64,000 nucleotides of DNA from an uncultured Chthonomonadaceae bacterium (GCA_963835065.1 CAWIEK010000053.1:96001-160000); one strand, 5' to 3'; positions 53,710-64,000 are shown, numbered from the stretch's first letter. Made by a program: numbers and translations. The notes: a model not told the origin generated them from the sequence alone.

Positions 53710-54729
53710 GTGAGCGAAAGCAAACCCCTGCGCGTGGGTGTGTTGGGAACCGGCAACTGGGGCCGCGTGCACATCGAAGCCTACTGGCGCAACCCCGATA
53801 CCCAACTGGTCGCCATTTGCGGGCAGTCCAATCAGGAGCGCGTACAACGCATGGCCGCGCAGTACGGCGCAATCGGCTATCTGAATTTCGGCGAAATGCT
53901 GGCAAAAGAAAAACTCGATCTGGTGTCGGTTATCACGCCGGACGATCAGCACTACGCGCCCTACAAGCAGGCCCTACACGCCAAAGTAAACTGCTTTTTT
54001 GAAAAGCCGCTCACGATGAACGTGGAAGAAGGCCGGGAACTCGTTGCCCTGGCGCGGCAGCAGGGCGTCCATTGCGGCATCAACTTCAACCATCGCTACG
54101 CCACGCCCTTCCAATTAGTCAAGCAGCACATTGACGAGGGCAAAATCGGGCGGCAGTTGTTTCTGCACTGGCGCTTTACGGGCGGGCACTACCCTGAACG
54201 GCAAACGCTTCCCCTCGCGCACCTGCTCTACATGCAGTCGCACGGCTTTAACATGCTGCAAACGTTCGGCGGCGAAGTGACGAGCATCGTCGGCCACGCC
54301 TACGACCCGCGCGAAACCCGGCAGTTCACGACCTGCACCTTCAGCCTGCAATTTGCCAGTGGCGCAGTCGGCACGTTTGTCGCCAGCGTGGACGGCGATT
54401 ACAAAGACCCCGACATCTACGGCTTTGAACTGCTTGGAGACAGGGGGCGCGTCAAAGTGGACGACGCCATACGCCGCTTCGAGTACGCGCCCCGCCCCAA
54501 CTTCGTGCAAACGCATCAGGAGCAGAAAGGCCCCGAATCGCTGGCGCAAGTGTGGAACAGCCACTTCTTTGACGATGAAAGCCGCGACTTCGGACGCACC
54601 ACAGACCGCCACATCGCCGATTTCGTCCGCGCCATGCGCGAAGACGAACCGGAACCCATTCCCATCGAGGAAGGCCTGGCCGCGCTGGAACTCGGCCAAC
54701 GCGCTATCAACAGCGTAGTGAGGAAGTAA
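53710..54729 (+). CDS. Gfo/Idh/MocA-family oxidoreductase
   Basis: VGVLGTGNWG, TPDDQH, FFEKPL, NFNHRY. Confidence 0.9.
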   Translation: MSESKPLRVGVLGTGNWGRVHIEAYWRNPDTQLVAICGQSNQERVQRMAAQYGAIGYLNFGEMLAKEKLDLVSVITPDDQHYAPYKQALHAKVNCFFEKPLTMNVEEGRELVALARQQGVHCGINFNHRYATPFQLVKQHIDEGKIGRQLFLHWRFTGGHYPERQTLPLAHLLYMQSHGFNMLQTFGGEVTSIVGHAYDPRETRQFTTCTFSLQFASGAVGTFVASVDGDYKDPDIYGFELLGDRGRVKVDDAIRRFEYAPRPNFVQTHQEQKGPESLAQVWNSHFFDDESRDFGRTTDRHIADFVRAMREDEPEPIPIEEGLAALELGQRAINSVVRK

Positions 54730-54770
54730 ACCGCCCTTTAGGAAGGCAGGCAACAGCCGTTGAGAAAAGT

Positions 54771-55856
54771 ATGGATTTGAAGCAAAAACGTATTAGTGGA
54801 AGATATGCTACAGGCGTAATGGTCCTGCTTGCCGTCCTGCTTTGCCTTATGAACCGGCTGCTGTTGGAACAAAGCGCTGATTCGCCCCGGCATGCTGCGC
54901 GTACAGTCGATGCCTCAAATTTTACCGTAACCATCGCGCCAGCAGATTGCCCTGATCCGCGCACACGCCGCGATATGGAAACGGTTGCGCGGGATATAAT
55001 TACCATCGTCAGTCAGCGATTCGTCGGCCCGGCTCCTGAAACTTGTCCTATCCTGCTGTCGCGGGGCGATCATCCACTTACCCATCCGCCCCAGAACGGC
55101 CAGTACCGCATTGAACTTAGTGTGGATTTCCAGCATCGAGACTTTGCGAGAATGGCTTACCAATTAGGCCACGAAATGGGGCATGTGATGATGGGGACAC
55201 ACGGCTTTAACTGCGGTGTTGATGAAGTAATGGCGACAGCGGCTTCCCTACAGGCACTGGATGATCTTGACGCGCGTTGGGCAGTACAGCCTCCCTACCC
55301 GAACTGGCAGTATTTTCATTCCAATTTCTGCGAGTATCGCGCTCTGGTAGAAAAACTTGCTTTAGCCACGTTTCCCGTTCAGGTACAGGAAGCGGCACGG
55401 GAGCGGCGATGGGATTACCTCACTCTCTACTTGCGCTTCCACATCCCTGACATGGAAGCGGATATTCGCAGCAAACGCAGCCGCAATTTGCAGACATTGG
55501 GAGCCATTCTCCTGCGTACGACAACTCTGCCCTGGTCGGAGTTTGCTGGAGCCGGTGTTTACATCAGATACCATTCCGCCGAAGATGCCAAAGCTGCAAG
55601 GGGAGTGCCGGTCCGTCTGCGGCAGGCGCATACGGCCTTGTGGCGGTTAGGCCGGGAACATTCACTTCAGCTCTATGTCGTCCATTTCAGCCATCCGCCC
55701 CGATTACAGGAAGCCTTGTTACACAAAGGATTTTTGTTTCAGGAGGACGGGGAGTGGATATGGCTGATGGAATGTCAGCCGCAGAAGGAACAATCTTCTC
55801 TAAACCAACTGACCGTCGAGAAACCAACCCTCATCGAATCACGTCCTGCGAATTGA
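54771..55856 (+). CDS. membrane-anchored or secreted protein with HEXXH (zincin-like) motif
   Basis: N-terminal hydrophobic segment; YQLGHEMGH...DE. Confidence 0.65.
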   Translation: MDLKQKRISGRYATGVMVLLAVLLCLMNRLLLEQSADSPRHAARTVDASNFTVTIAPADCPDPRTRRDMETVARDIITIVSQRFVGPAPETCPILLSRGDHPLTHPPQNGQYRIELSVDFQHRDFARMAYQLGHEMGHVMMGTHGFNCGVDEVMATAASLQALDDLDARWAVQPPYPNWQYFHSNFCEYRALVEKLALATFPVQVQEAARERRWDYLTLYLRFHIPDMEADIRSKRSRNLQTLGAILLRTTTLPWSEFAGAGVYIRYHSAEDAKAARGVPVRLRQAHTALWRLGREHSLQLYVVHFSHPPRLQEALLHKGFLFQEDGEWIWLMECQPQKEQSSLNQLTVEKPTLIESRPAN

Positions 55857-55876
55857 CGTGCAAAACGGAGTGAAGA

Positions 55877-56458
55877 TTGATACGTTTATGTGTGTTTTGC
55901 GGTTCCAGCTTAGGAGACAAACCTGAGTATGTCGAGGCGGCGCGGCAGATGGGCGAGGCGATTGCGCGGCGTGGGTGGGAGATGGTGTATGGTGGGTCGA
56001 AGTTGGGACTGATGGGCGTTGCGGCGGACGCGGCGCTTGCGGCGGGCGCAAACGTGATTGGCGTCATTCCCGAAATGTTCGTCAACAACGAGGTTCCGCA
56101 TCCCAATCTTACCGAACTGCATGTAGTGCGTTCCATGCACGAGCGCAAAGCCCTGATGGCGGAACTGTCGGACGGGTTTGTCGCGTTGCCGGGGGGATTA
56201 GGCACATTCGAGGAGTATTGCGAAATCGTGACGTGGGCGCAATTGGGGCTGCATGTCAAGCCGTGCGGACTTCTGAACGTGAACGGCTTTTACGATCCCC
56301 TACTCGCATTGGTAGACCGCGCCATTACGGAAGGATTTATTCGCCCACAGCAGCGCGGATTGGTTTTAGCCTCTGCCGACATTGACGATCTGTTCGCGCA
56401 ATTCGACGCTTACAATCCGCCCGTCCTGCCCAAATGGATCACGCCCGACCAGACATAA
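55877..56458 (+). CDS. LOG-family nucleotide phosphoribohydrolase (TIGR00730)
   Basis: CVFCGSS, VYGG, MHERK, PGGLGTFEE. Confidence 0.92.
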   Translation: MIRLCVFCGSSLGDKPEYVEAARQMGEAIARRGWEMVYGGSKLGLMGVAADAALAAGANVIGVIPEMFVNNEVPHPNLTELHVVRSMHERKALMAELSDGFVALPGGLGTFEEYCEIVTWAQLGLHVKPCGLLNVNGFYDPLLALVDRAITEGFIRPQQRGLVLASADIDDLFAQFDAYNPPVLPKWITPDQT

Positions 56459-56479
56459 CACAAATCTATACAACCGTTT

Positions 56480-57502
56480 CTAATTCGGCCTGGGCGCAGA
56501 CGCGGTTCTGGCATGAACAAGGGTCGGCTGCGGGGGCAGAGCCTGCTTCAAAACGGGCAGGACACGCAGGCGCTTGGTTTCGGTCGCCAATTGCAGGAGG
56601 GTGCGTCCGTCGGGCAGTTTTTCGTTCGCGTCGGCTCCCTTGTCCAGCAGGGCGCGGGCGACTTCGGGATCGTCCTGCTCCACGCTCAGGCGCAGGAGGC
56701 TCCAGCCTTTGTACACGGCATCCGGCTTCGCGCCGTGTTCCAGCAGGGCGCGGACATCGGGCACGTCGTCGTCCAGACAAGCGAGGTACAGGGGCGGCAT
56801 ACCGTTGCCGTCCGGCGCATTGGCGTCGGCTTTTTTGTCCAGCAGGGCGCGCGCTATCGGACCCTCGCGCAGCATAATCGCCCACGTCAGCATGGGAATT
56901 TGCGAATCGTTGGGCAGGTTCGGGTCGGCTCCGCGTTCCAGCAGCATCTGTACCATGTCCAGCCGCCCTTCCGCAATCGCCAGGGAAAGCGCCGTGCAGC
57001 CGTACTCATCCTGCGTATTAACCTGCGCCCCCCTGTCCAGCAGCAGGGAAATCATGTAAGCGTGTTTGGACATGACCGCCATCATCAGCGCGCTTGTGCG
57101 CAACTCGCTCCGCTTGCGTATCTCGTTCGGCAGCGTACATTGCAGCAGTTGCCCCACGCTCGGCTTGTTGACGGGTTCCGTCGTAATCAGATTCGGGTCC
57201 ACGCCCGCCGCCAAATACTTCTTTACGCCGTCCGCGTCGCCCGCCTGTATCGCCGCCATAAAGCCGCGCTTGCGGTTGTTGTCCTGAATCTTCTCGTAGC
57301 CAAGCAGCCCGCCAAATCCAAGCACAATCAGCAGGATCAAGGCCACGCCATAACGTTCAAAAAACGACAGGTTCATAATAGCGGCAGGCTGGCGGCGCAT
57401 TGCGCCCCACGCGGGGAAATTCCCGGCAATCCCGGAAGGCGCCGCGGCAACGGCAACAGCAGGAGTGAAAGTTAATCGGGTCGGCATCGGCATAGTTTCC
57501 AT
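56480..57502 (-). CDS. membrane-anchored ankyrin repeat protein
   Basis: TM helix followed by about seven LL..GAD.N repeats. Confidence 0.88.
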   Translation of the reverse strand: METMPMPTRLTFTPAVAVAAAPSGIAGNFPAWGAMRRQPAAIMNLSFFERYGVALILLIVLGFGGLLGYEKIQDNNRKRGFMAAIQAGDADGVKKYLAAGVDPNLITTEPVNKPSVGQLLQCTLPNEIRKRSELRTSALMMAVMSKHAYMISLLLDRGAQVNTQDEYGCTALSLAIAEGRLDMVQMLLERGADPNLPNDSQIPMLTWAIMLREGPIARALLDKKADANAPDGNGMPPLYLACLDDDVPDVRALLEHGAKPDAVYKGWSLLRLSVEQDDPEVARALLDKGADANEKLPDGRTLLQLATETKRLRVLPVLKQALPPQPTLVHARTASAPRPN

Positions 57503-57744
57503 CAGAATGGGAGGACACTTGTGCAGAAAGCCGCCAATACGTTACATACGCAGTGGTTTCGGGCGGCGTTTCATACCCCAATCACGACACGGTTCTCAGA
57601 ATGTGACGCAAACCAAATTGTGCCGTATTGAAGTGGTTTCGGCTATTCCCTCTGTGCCCCCTCTGTGTCTCTGTGTCTCTGTGGTGAACTTGTATTCGCG
57701 TGTATTCACGTTCATTCGCGGCTACTCTATCCTCAATCCAGGCG

Positions 57745-59151
57745 TCAGGCGAAGAAGCGGGCAAGGCCCTGCGGCGGCAGATCGGGAACAACCAGCGTTT
57801 GCGGATTGCCTTCCCGCGCCAGAATGGTTTCCGCCGCCCGGTAGCCGCTGCGAACCGCGCCTTCCATTGTGGACGGCCAGCCGGTCTGCGTCCATTCGCC
57901 GGCCACGTACAGGTTTTCAATGGGGCTGCGCTGATCGGGGCGCAGGCGTTCCACGCCGGGGCGGGGCGACAGGGTGGCTTTGGGCCAGCGTATCACGAGG
58001 GACTTGGTGACAGCCGCGTCCCGCGTATCCGGCAGGCACTCGCGCACTTCTTTCAATACCAGCGCGGTCAGTTCGTCTTTCGGCAGTTGGGCGAACCGCT
58101 GCGACGCGCTGATGACAATGCTCAGGTACGTTCCCTGTTCGGGCGGCAGGTTCCAGTTCTGCGTTTTGTTGAAAATCCATTCGATATTGCGGTCCAGAAT
58201 GGCAAGCGCGGGCGGGCAGTCAATAGGCCGGTCAAACCACAGATGCGCCCCTAAGATCGGTGACAATTCGATCTCGCGCAGGTTTTCCCAATAGGCTATG
58301 CCCTGCGTTATGGCAGGCGGCAGCAGTTTCAGCAGCAGATCGAATTGCAGGGCGCTGACGTACATATCCGCTTCAACGCGCTCACCGTCTTGAAGCGTAA
58401 GCCCGGTGACGGTTGGATTTTCCCCCTCGGAAAAGTGGATTTGTTCGACAATGGTGCGCGTGTGAACGCAACTTCTGCGCTTTTGCAGATAGGCAAGGGT
58501 TGGCTCCGTGTACAGCGTTCCCAACGGCACACGGGGTACGCCAAAGTGGAACGCATGGGCATTGAGCAGAAAACCATCCCGAAACAATTTAAAGGCGTGG
58601 AGGCAACTGATGCGTTCGGGTTCCTCGTTGCAGGCGGAAACCAGAATGGGACGCCAGAAGCGACGCACGGCCTGTTCCGTTTGGGCCTGCACTTGCAGCC
58701 ACGCGCCCATATCCAAATCTTCCCGCGCCTTTTCGGTACGGGTGCGCAGCATAACGGCAAGGGCGCGGGCAATGCCGATTTTATCGCGCAGGTTGAGCGA
58801 AGCAAAGCGCAGAAAGCTGAGGGACGTATGCGCGGGAGCGGGCAGGCCGCAGCCTTCAATCACGGGGCGCTTGCCATCCCGGTCTAAATACTCCAGCCGG
58901 TCAAAGTATTGGATTTGATCCTGTACGCCAAGCCGGGTAAGCAGGTCTTCCAAATTGGTGCAGCAGCGCATGGTTCCGTGCTGGCACTCATCCAGCCGCA
59001 TCCCCGTCGGCGCATCCACAAACGACGAGGCGCGGCCTCCGAGCAGGGGCCGCTTTTCAAACAGTTCCACCCGAAAGCCGTGTTCCGCCAGCCTGACCGC
59101 CGTGGCAATCCCCGCCACGCCGCCCCCGATTATCGCCACCGATTTCGCCAT
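57745..59151 (-). CDS. hpnE: hydroxysqualene dehydroxylase (squalene-associated FAD-dependent desaturase)
   Basis: IIGGGVAG, LGGRASSF, DECQH, FWRPILVSACNE, AGEWTQTGWPSTMEGAVRSG. Confidence 0.85.
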   Translation of the reverse strand: MAKSVAIIGGGVAGIATAVRLAEHGFRVELFEKRPLLGGRASSFVDAPTGMRLDECQHGTMRCCTNLEDLLTRLGVQDQIQYFDRLEYLDRDGKRPVIEGCGLPAPAHTSLSFLRFASLNLRDKIGIARALAVMLRTRTEKAREDLDMGAWLQVQAQTEQAVRRFWRPILVSACNEEPERISCLHAFKLFRDGFLLNAHAFHFGVPRVPLGTLYTEPTLAYLQKRRSCVHTRTIVEQIHFSEGENPTVTGLTLQDGERVEADMYVSALQFDLLLKLLPPAITQGIAYWENLREIELSPILGAHLWFDRPIDCPPALAILDRNIEWIFNKTQNWNLPPEQGTYLSIVISASQRFAQLPKDELTALVLKEVRECLPDTRDAAVTKSLVIRWPKATLSPRPGVERLRPDQRSPIENLYVAGEWTQTGWPSTMEGAVRSGYRAAETILAREGNPQTLVVPDLPPQGLARFFA

Positions 59152-59263
59152 ACGCTGCGACAGTTGATAGTTCGTAGTTGATAGGGATGCAGGAACGACG
59201 CGCTTTCAGCGGAAGGCCAACCACAAAAAGCCGCAAGGCTCAGGGCGTGATGTTCTGCCACCC

Positions 59264-59635
59264 TCACCAAAAATTAACCCTGTTATTCTCGCTCAATCCC
59301 TGTTCGATCTCCTGCCAGAGACGGGTTTCGGCCTCTTGTTCTTCCTTCGTCATATTGGCGTCTTCCTCGGCCCACTTGCGAAACAGTGCTTGCGTCGGCG
59401 TTTCACCGGGCAAGGTGGGAGGAGCGGGGCGAAGTGGTGTGTTGTCTGCAGTCTGCCATCTGGCAAGCAACGCTGCAACATGCGCCTTGGGGTCATGGAC
59501 GGGCGGCGAGGGTAATGGCGTATTGTGCTGCATGGGCGCGAAGGTTTGCGCCAGCAGGTCGTTGACGGAAACGCCTTCCGCCGCCGCGCGTTCCCGCACC
59601 ACGTTTTCAATTTCGGGACTCAATTCTGAAGACAT
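59264..59635 (-). CDS. small antitoxin-like protein (RHH-like N-terminus), no partner toxin
   Basis: ELSPEIENVVRERAAAEGVSVNDLL; acidic helical C-terminus; GGGGAGG RBS; extended -10 TGcTATACT near 59694. Confidence 0.55.
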   Translation of the reverse strand: MSSELSPEIENVVRERAAAEGVSVNDLLAQTFAPMQHNTPLPSPPVHDPKAHVAALLARWQTADNTPLRPAPPTLPGETPTQALFRKWAEEDANMTKEEQEAETRLWQEIEQGLSENNRVNFW

Positions 59636-59780
59636 GGCTTTCCTCCCCGCGTGCGAACGGGAAACGTAGTGGACGCGAAAATGCTATGAATATAGTATAG
59701 CACAGGCTGAGGCAGCTACAATCTTATCATGAGTGGGCTTCTACTTTGTTCGATTGAAAGTGTTTAAGGGCTTGAGTCCG

Positions 59781-62700
59781 TTAAATCGGACGAGTATTCA
59801 CACTTGATTCGTCGTGGAGAGAACATTGGAGAACGCACTCAACAACCTGCTCTAATTCCATCTGGATTCCTTCGTTCCAAACCGCTGCGAATTCTTCGTC
59901 CCCCAGCATTGCTTTTACCACATTTATATCCTCTCTGATCTTCATTTGGTCCTTCGGAGTCAATGGCGCTGGGTACTTCTCTCGCAAAGCCAATGCCCAC
60001 GCTACTAATCGTGCATTATGAAAATTTCGTCGTTGAGTAAAAATCAATAGTGTGTAATCATTAACAACCCCAACAACCCCATTTTTGTTGTTTAAATCTC
60101 TGAGCATTTCCAAACTTTTCCTAAGTAAAGCTAGAGCTGAACCGTAATTTCCTTGTTCTATCTCCAACTTACCAGCGCCTGAGTATGCAACGGCGATGCC
60201 TAATGCTACGTCAATATTCGTGAACATAGACTGACTGATGCTATTGTAACGTTGCGCCTGCACGTAATCACCTCGATCCCTGGCTACATTGCTCAACGAG
60301 TCGTGCAGTCTGGCAATATTAAATCTATCTCCACACTCTGTAAAAATCTTTAGGCTTTCCTGTATCAAGTTCCACGCTCTCGCATTATCACCGAGATAAT
60401 AAGCTACATCGCCGATATTCCCCTTGCAAATAGCGATACCCCTCCTCTGACTTAACTTCTCGAAAAGTTCAAGTCCATTTTGATAATGCCTCTCAGCATG
60501 TTCAAAATCACTTTCATTTAGATATAAATTGCCTATTTCGATGTGCAAATTCGCCAGTCCGTCTAAGTTCTTCAGATTCGTGCGGATTTGCAGGCTCTCC
60601 TCATAGTAACCCCTCGCTAAAGAGTTTAATCCTTGTAGTGAAGCCAAGAGACCGAGAGATTGAAGCAATTGGCTGATAGCCTCATTATTTTTCAAATCTC
60701 TATAAATACTCAAACTCTGCTCGAAATAGTGCTGTGCCATAAGGAGGTCTGCGCGATCTTCAGCAATATCTTTAGCAAGCAATCCTAATTGGTGTAGCGT
60801 ACTTGCAGTGCTGGCTTGGTCATCCAGATTTATGAACCGCTCTAGGTTATCTCTATGCAACTCTATAGCCTGGCGGTAATCGCCCATCTCACGAGTCACT
60901 ATTCCCAGCCAGTACAGCGTTCGGGCCGTGCCTTGATTGTCATTCAACTCCATATAGATGCCCAGACTCTCATTATGTCGTTCCAGAGCCTGCTTATACT
61001 CGCCCTGCAGGTGTGCAAGAGCGCCCGCCATGTTAAGCGCTCTTGCGCGCTGTGTCGTGCGGTTCTTGAAGTTTTCCAACCCATGTGCTAAATGAGTGCG
61101 TCCTTCTGCCAGGTAGCCCCGCGAACGCCAGAAACGATCCAAAGCGCACACAACCTGCAGACCAGTTTCTGCCGATCCACCATTATGCCAACACCATTCC
61201 AGAGCACCATTTACGTTCGCATACTCTTCATCCAGACACTCCAACCACTTTTCCTGTTCCAAGCCTACATCCATGACAGCTTTATTGAACAAATTAAGAA
61301 AATAGTTCCGATGCTGGTTCTTGATTAGATCAGCCTCAACATCTATTTTGAATTTATGGGTCGCGAATTGACGCACCGCCTCAAGTAAGCGATAACGTAC
61401 TTTGCCATTCTCATTTTCCACCTGTACAAGCGCCTGCTCCTCAAGATTTGCCAGTAGATTCATTACTGTCTCAGTGGTGATTCCATCCTCCAATGCTCTT
61501 TCAAAAACGAAAATGTTCTCTGCCGCTTCAAGAGTCCATCCACCCTGAAAGACCGCCAGACGTGACAACAGCGTCTGTTCCGTATCGCTCAACAGATTGT
61601 AACTCCATTCAAGGGTGGCCCACAGAGTTTGTTGCCGCTTCACCGTTCTGCGATCAACCAGTAGGTCAAAAATTTGAACTTTCAGTTTGTCACGAACCTG
61701 ATATACCGAAAGCGTTGAGAGCCGTCCGGCTGCCAACTCAATTGCCAAGGGTATGCCCTCCACATACATGCAAATTTCAGCTATTGCCACCATCTCCTGA
61801 GCCGAGGGACGAGTATTTACCCCCCTGTCTTTTGCTCGTTCTAGAAACAGCTTGATTGCTGTGTATTGCTGTAGACTATCCGCTGCGCTCTGGTCCCCCC
61901 TCTCTGCCTTCTCATATTCGGCTATACGCGGCAGGATCAGTGAACGAACGTTGTAGATAGATTCTACAGCAATCCCCAGGCGGCGGCGACTGGTCGCTAA
62001 TATCCGTAACCCGTTGCATTGAGAGATAAGATATTCAACAAGCTCCGCACAACCTTCTGTTAGATGTTCGCAATTATCAAGAATCAGCAATTGGCGACCA
62101 AAATTAAGCATTTGAACCAAGACTTCTTTTTCGTCTATATTAGATTTTTTTGACAAAAGAGTATTCCGCTTCACGGCCTTCTTCACGGCTTGGAATATCT
62201 GACTCGGCTTTGTGAGTGGCGCTAAGTCAACAAACCACACGCCATCGGGGCACTCCGTTTTCATTTCCTCGGCTACTGCAATGGCAAGACGAGTCTTGCC
62301 CACACCACCCGTCCCCGTAAGCGTCACCAATCGCCGGGTGTCCTGAAACCGATATTGCACTTCCTGTATATTCGCTACGCGACCTATCAAGCGGTTCGCT
62401 TGTGACGGCAGGTAGATCAGCGACGATTCCTGCTGTGGAACAGGGGGACGCTGTTGCGCCTGCTTCCTGAGTTGGTCATAGAGAGTGCGTGTTTCCGCAT
62501 CGGGTAAATTATTTGAGTAGTCTTTCGCCAGCGTCTCGCACAAAGCATGAAAGGCTTCGTCTACCTTTGGATAATCGCCGTTTTTGGCATAAGTTCGCAT
62601 AAGATTCCTGTGGGCAGATTCTCGTAAAGGGTCAACCTGAATCAAGCGACACAGGTAGGGAACAGCACTGGAAGCTCCTCTATCCGTTTCCGCCTTTGCC

Positions 62701-63179
62701 AATTTCTCCAATGCCTGTAGGTAACGCTCTTCTCGGAATCTCCGTTCTTCTTCTATCCACAACTCCCCGCAACTCTCCATGAGAGCGCCACTATACAAAG
62801 TTACTGCCCGCTCTATACCTTCTACTACCCCTTCAGCGATGGCTTTATCAAACTCCAAGACATCCACCCAAACATTGTCTGGAAGCAGTCGAATGTGGGT
62901 CCGATTTGTTTCGAGACCCGGCAAACCTTTCAGTTGCTCATAAAGACATTTCCTCAGAAGAAGGCGTGAGTCATGAGGATGCTTACGTTGTTTGTTAATA
63001 CATTCAGGCTCCGGCCAGAGTTTCTTGGCTACGCTGATACGTTCCACGCTACGTCCAATTTGAAGGGCAAGCAGGCCAACAAGCCACTGAGCTTTTTTCT
63101 CCGCGATATTCAAAAGTTGTCCATCCACACGGACTTCGATATTGCCGAATAAGCGAATTTCAAGATGAGATGTGGTCAT
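59781..63179 (-). CDS. AfsR/SARP-type regulator: HTH-BTAD, STAND NTPase and TPR repeats
   Basis: WVDV.EF, DPLRESAHR.LM, GTGGVGKTRLA, LILDNCEH, GIPLAIELAA, LEWSYNLL and many TPRs. AT-richer than the flanks. Confidence 0.9.
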   Translation of the reverse strand: MTTSHLEIRLFGNIEVRVDGQLLNIAEKKAQWLVGLLALQIGRSVERISVAKKLWPEPECINKQRKHPHDSRLLLRKCLYEQLKGLPGLETNRTHIRLLPDNVWVDVLEFDKAIAEGVVEGIERAVTLYSGALMESCGELWIEEERRFREERYLQALEKLAKAETDRGASSAVPYLCRLIQVDPLRESAHRNLMRTYAKNGDYPKVDEAFHALCETLAKDYSNNLPDAETRTLYDQLRKQAQQRPPVPQQESSLIYLPSQANRLIGRVANIQEVQYRFQDTRRLVTLTGTGGVGKTRLAIAVAEEMKTECPDGVWFVDLAPLTKPSQIFQAVKKAVKRNTLLSKKSNIDEKEVLVQMLNFGRQLLILDNCEHLTEGCAELVEYLISQCNGLRILATSRRRLGIAVESIYNVRSLILPRIAEYEKAERGDQSAADSLQQYTAIKLFLERAKDRGVNTRPSAQEMVAIAEICMYVEGIPLAIELAAGRLSTLSVYQVRDKLKVQIFDLLVDRRTVKRQQTLWATLEWSYNLLSDTEQTLLSRLAVFQGGWTLEAAENIFVFERALEDGITTETVMNLLANLEEQALVQVENENGKVRYRLLEAVRQFATHKFKIDVEADLIKNQHRNYFLNLFNKAVMDVGLEQEKWLECLDEEYANVNGALEWCWHNGGSAETGLQVVCALDRFWRSRGYLAEGRTHLAHGLENFKNRTTQRARALNMAGALAHLQGEYKQALERHNESLGIYMELNDNQGTARTLYWLGIVTREMGDYRQAIELHRDNLERFINLDDQASTASTLHQLGLLAKDIAEDRADLLMAQHYFEQSLSIYRDLKNNEAISQLLQSLGLLASLQGLNSLARGYYEESLQIRTNLKNLDGLANLHIEIGNLYLNESDFEHAERHYQNGLELFEKLSQRRGIAICKGNIGDVAYYLGDNARAWNLIQESLKIFTECGDRFNIARLHDSLSNVARDRGDYVQAQRYNSISQSMFTNIDVALGIAVAYSGAGKLEIEQGNYGSALALLRKSLEMLRDLNNKNGVVGVVNDYTLLIFTQRRNFHNARLVAWALALREKYPAPLTPKDQMKIREDINVVKAMLGDEEFAAVWNEGIQMELEQVVECVLQCSLHDESSVNTRPI

Positions 63180-63422
63180 AGATGAATATTCTCAGATAGT
63201 TGGATTTTTCCTCTTCCAAAGTTGCTTGAGGGGTACGTTCCGGGGTATGCGCGTAGGGCACACTGATTTTGTTAGACGCATCAGGGTGTAACACCCATGT
63301 TCCGCGAACGCTTCTGTAACTTATCGGTGGAGACTCATTCAGGATTTTCGCTGCCAGCAGGCATAAAGAATACGCTCTCGTCACCGATCTACAGAGAACT
63401 GCTCATTCAGAAAGGAAAGCAG

Positions 63423-64000
63423 GTGAATTATTCAAACACAAAATGGTGCTTGGTTGCAACGGCGCTTATCTGTTTGGCTGCGCCAGTTACACGCGCTCAA
63501 GAGCTTCTCATGAATGGTAACTTTGCCACTGGTGACTTTAGCGGATGGACGCTCACAAATCAGAAGAACCCGTTCGACCTTGCCAATGCCAATTCCTTCT
63601 ATATCGGTACGCCAAGCGCTGATACTCCCGCAATCAACGGTATTACGTTCTCGACAGCCGCAAATCCGTTGGGTGGGAGCTACTATGCGGTGTCCACGTC
63701 CGATCTTCCCGGGGCGCATGCGCTACTGCAAAACTTTGGCGTTCCGCTGTCTGCCCAAAAGATCACTCTCTCGTGGCAGATGTTCGTTAACGACCAAAGT
63801 GGCATTGGCCCCGTGATTGACGCCTCCGGGTTAGATTACTTGACTGGCGGCATCACGGATCCGCTGACAGGCGCTCCCTTGGATAATCAACATGCCAGAG
63901 TGGACTTATTACGCATTGGAGCAAGTGATCTTTCGACTAACACCGGCGATGTAATCCACAACTTCTACTTGGGCGTAGATAATCCCGGCAACGCGCCTCC
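63423..64000 (+). CDS. secreted protein (PEP-CTERM-type N-terminus), truncated by the window end
   Basis: GTG start; reads MNYSNTKWCLVATALICLAAPVTRAQELLMNGNFATGDFSGW...; the frame stays open to base 64000. Confidence 0.7.
   Translation, partial: MNYSNTKWCLVATALICLAAPVTRAQELLMNGNFATGDFSGWTLTNQKNPFDLANANSFYIGTPSADTPAINGITFSTAANPLGGSYYAVSTSDLPGAHALLQNFGVPLSAQKITLSWQMFVNDQSGIGPVIDASGLDYLTGGITDPLTGAPLDNQHARVDLLRIGASDLSTNTGDVIHNFYLGVDNPGNAP

Overview
Bacterial chromosomal window of moderately high GC with AT-richer islands. Gene content suggests Armatimonadota, but this is an inference from PEP-CTERM proteins, a Firmicutes-type SigH, planctomycete-type DUF1592/DUF1552 and DUF1549/DUF1553 cytochrome proteins, and a BTAD-STAND-TPR regulator. 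About 50 CDS are visible: nth, an acyl-CoA ligase, recD2, sigH, glycyl-tRNA synthetase, hpnE, two ECF sigma/anti-sigma pairs, a PLD, a histidine kinase and carbohydrate esterases. More than a dozen otherwise ordinary genes are split by single-base indels, probably long-read consensus errors. I found no rRNA, tRNA, CRISPR array, integrase or transposase. Most notable: (1) A 39.0-41.9 kb cluster of orphan toxin-antitoxin antitoxin-like genes with no intact toxin, including apparent fusions of C-terminal segments from different antitoxin families; three more orphan antitoxin-like genes lie elsewhere. (2) A twice-present ~270-320 bp stand-alone unit (ECF-type promoter, strong SD, 8-codon ORF, structured RNA with a compensatory base-pair change). 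(3) An N6-methylase plus PD-(D/E)XK-like nuclease island inactivated by a 103-bp MITE-like insertion. (4) A candidate four-way-junction sRNA with a terminator. (5) Heptamer-repeat hairpins inserted in frame inside proteins. All family assignments are from motif recognition by eye, not from database searches.
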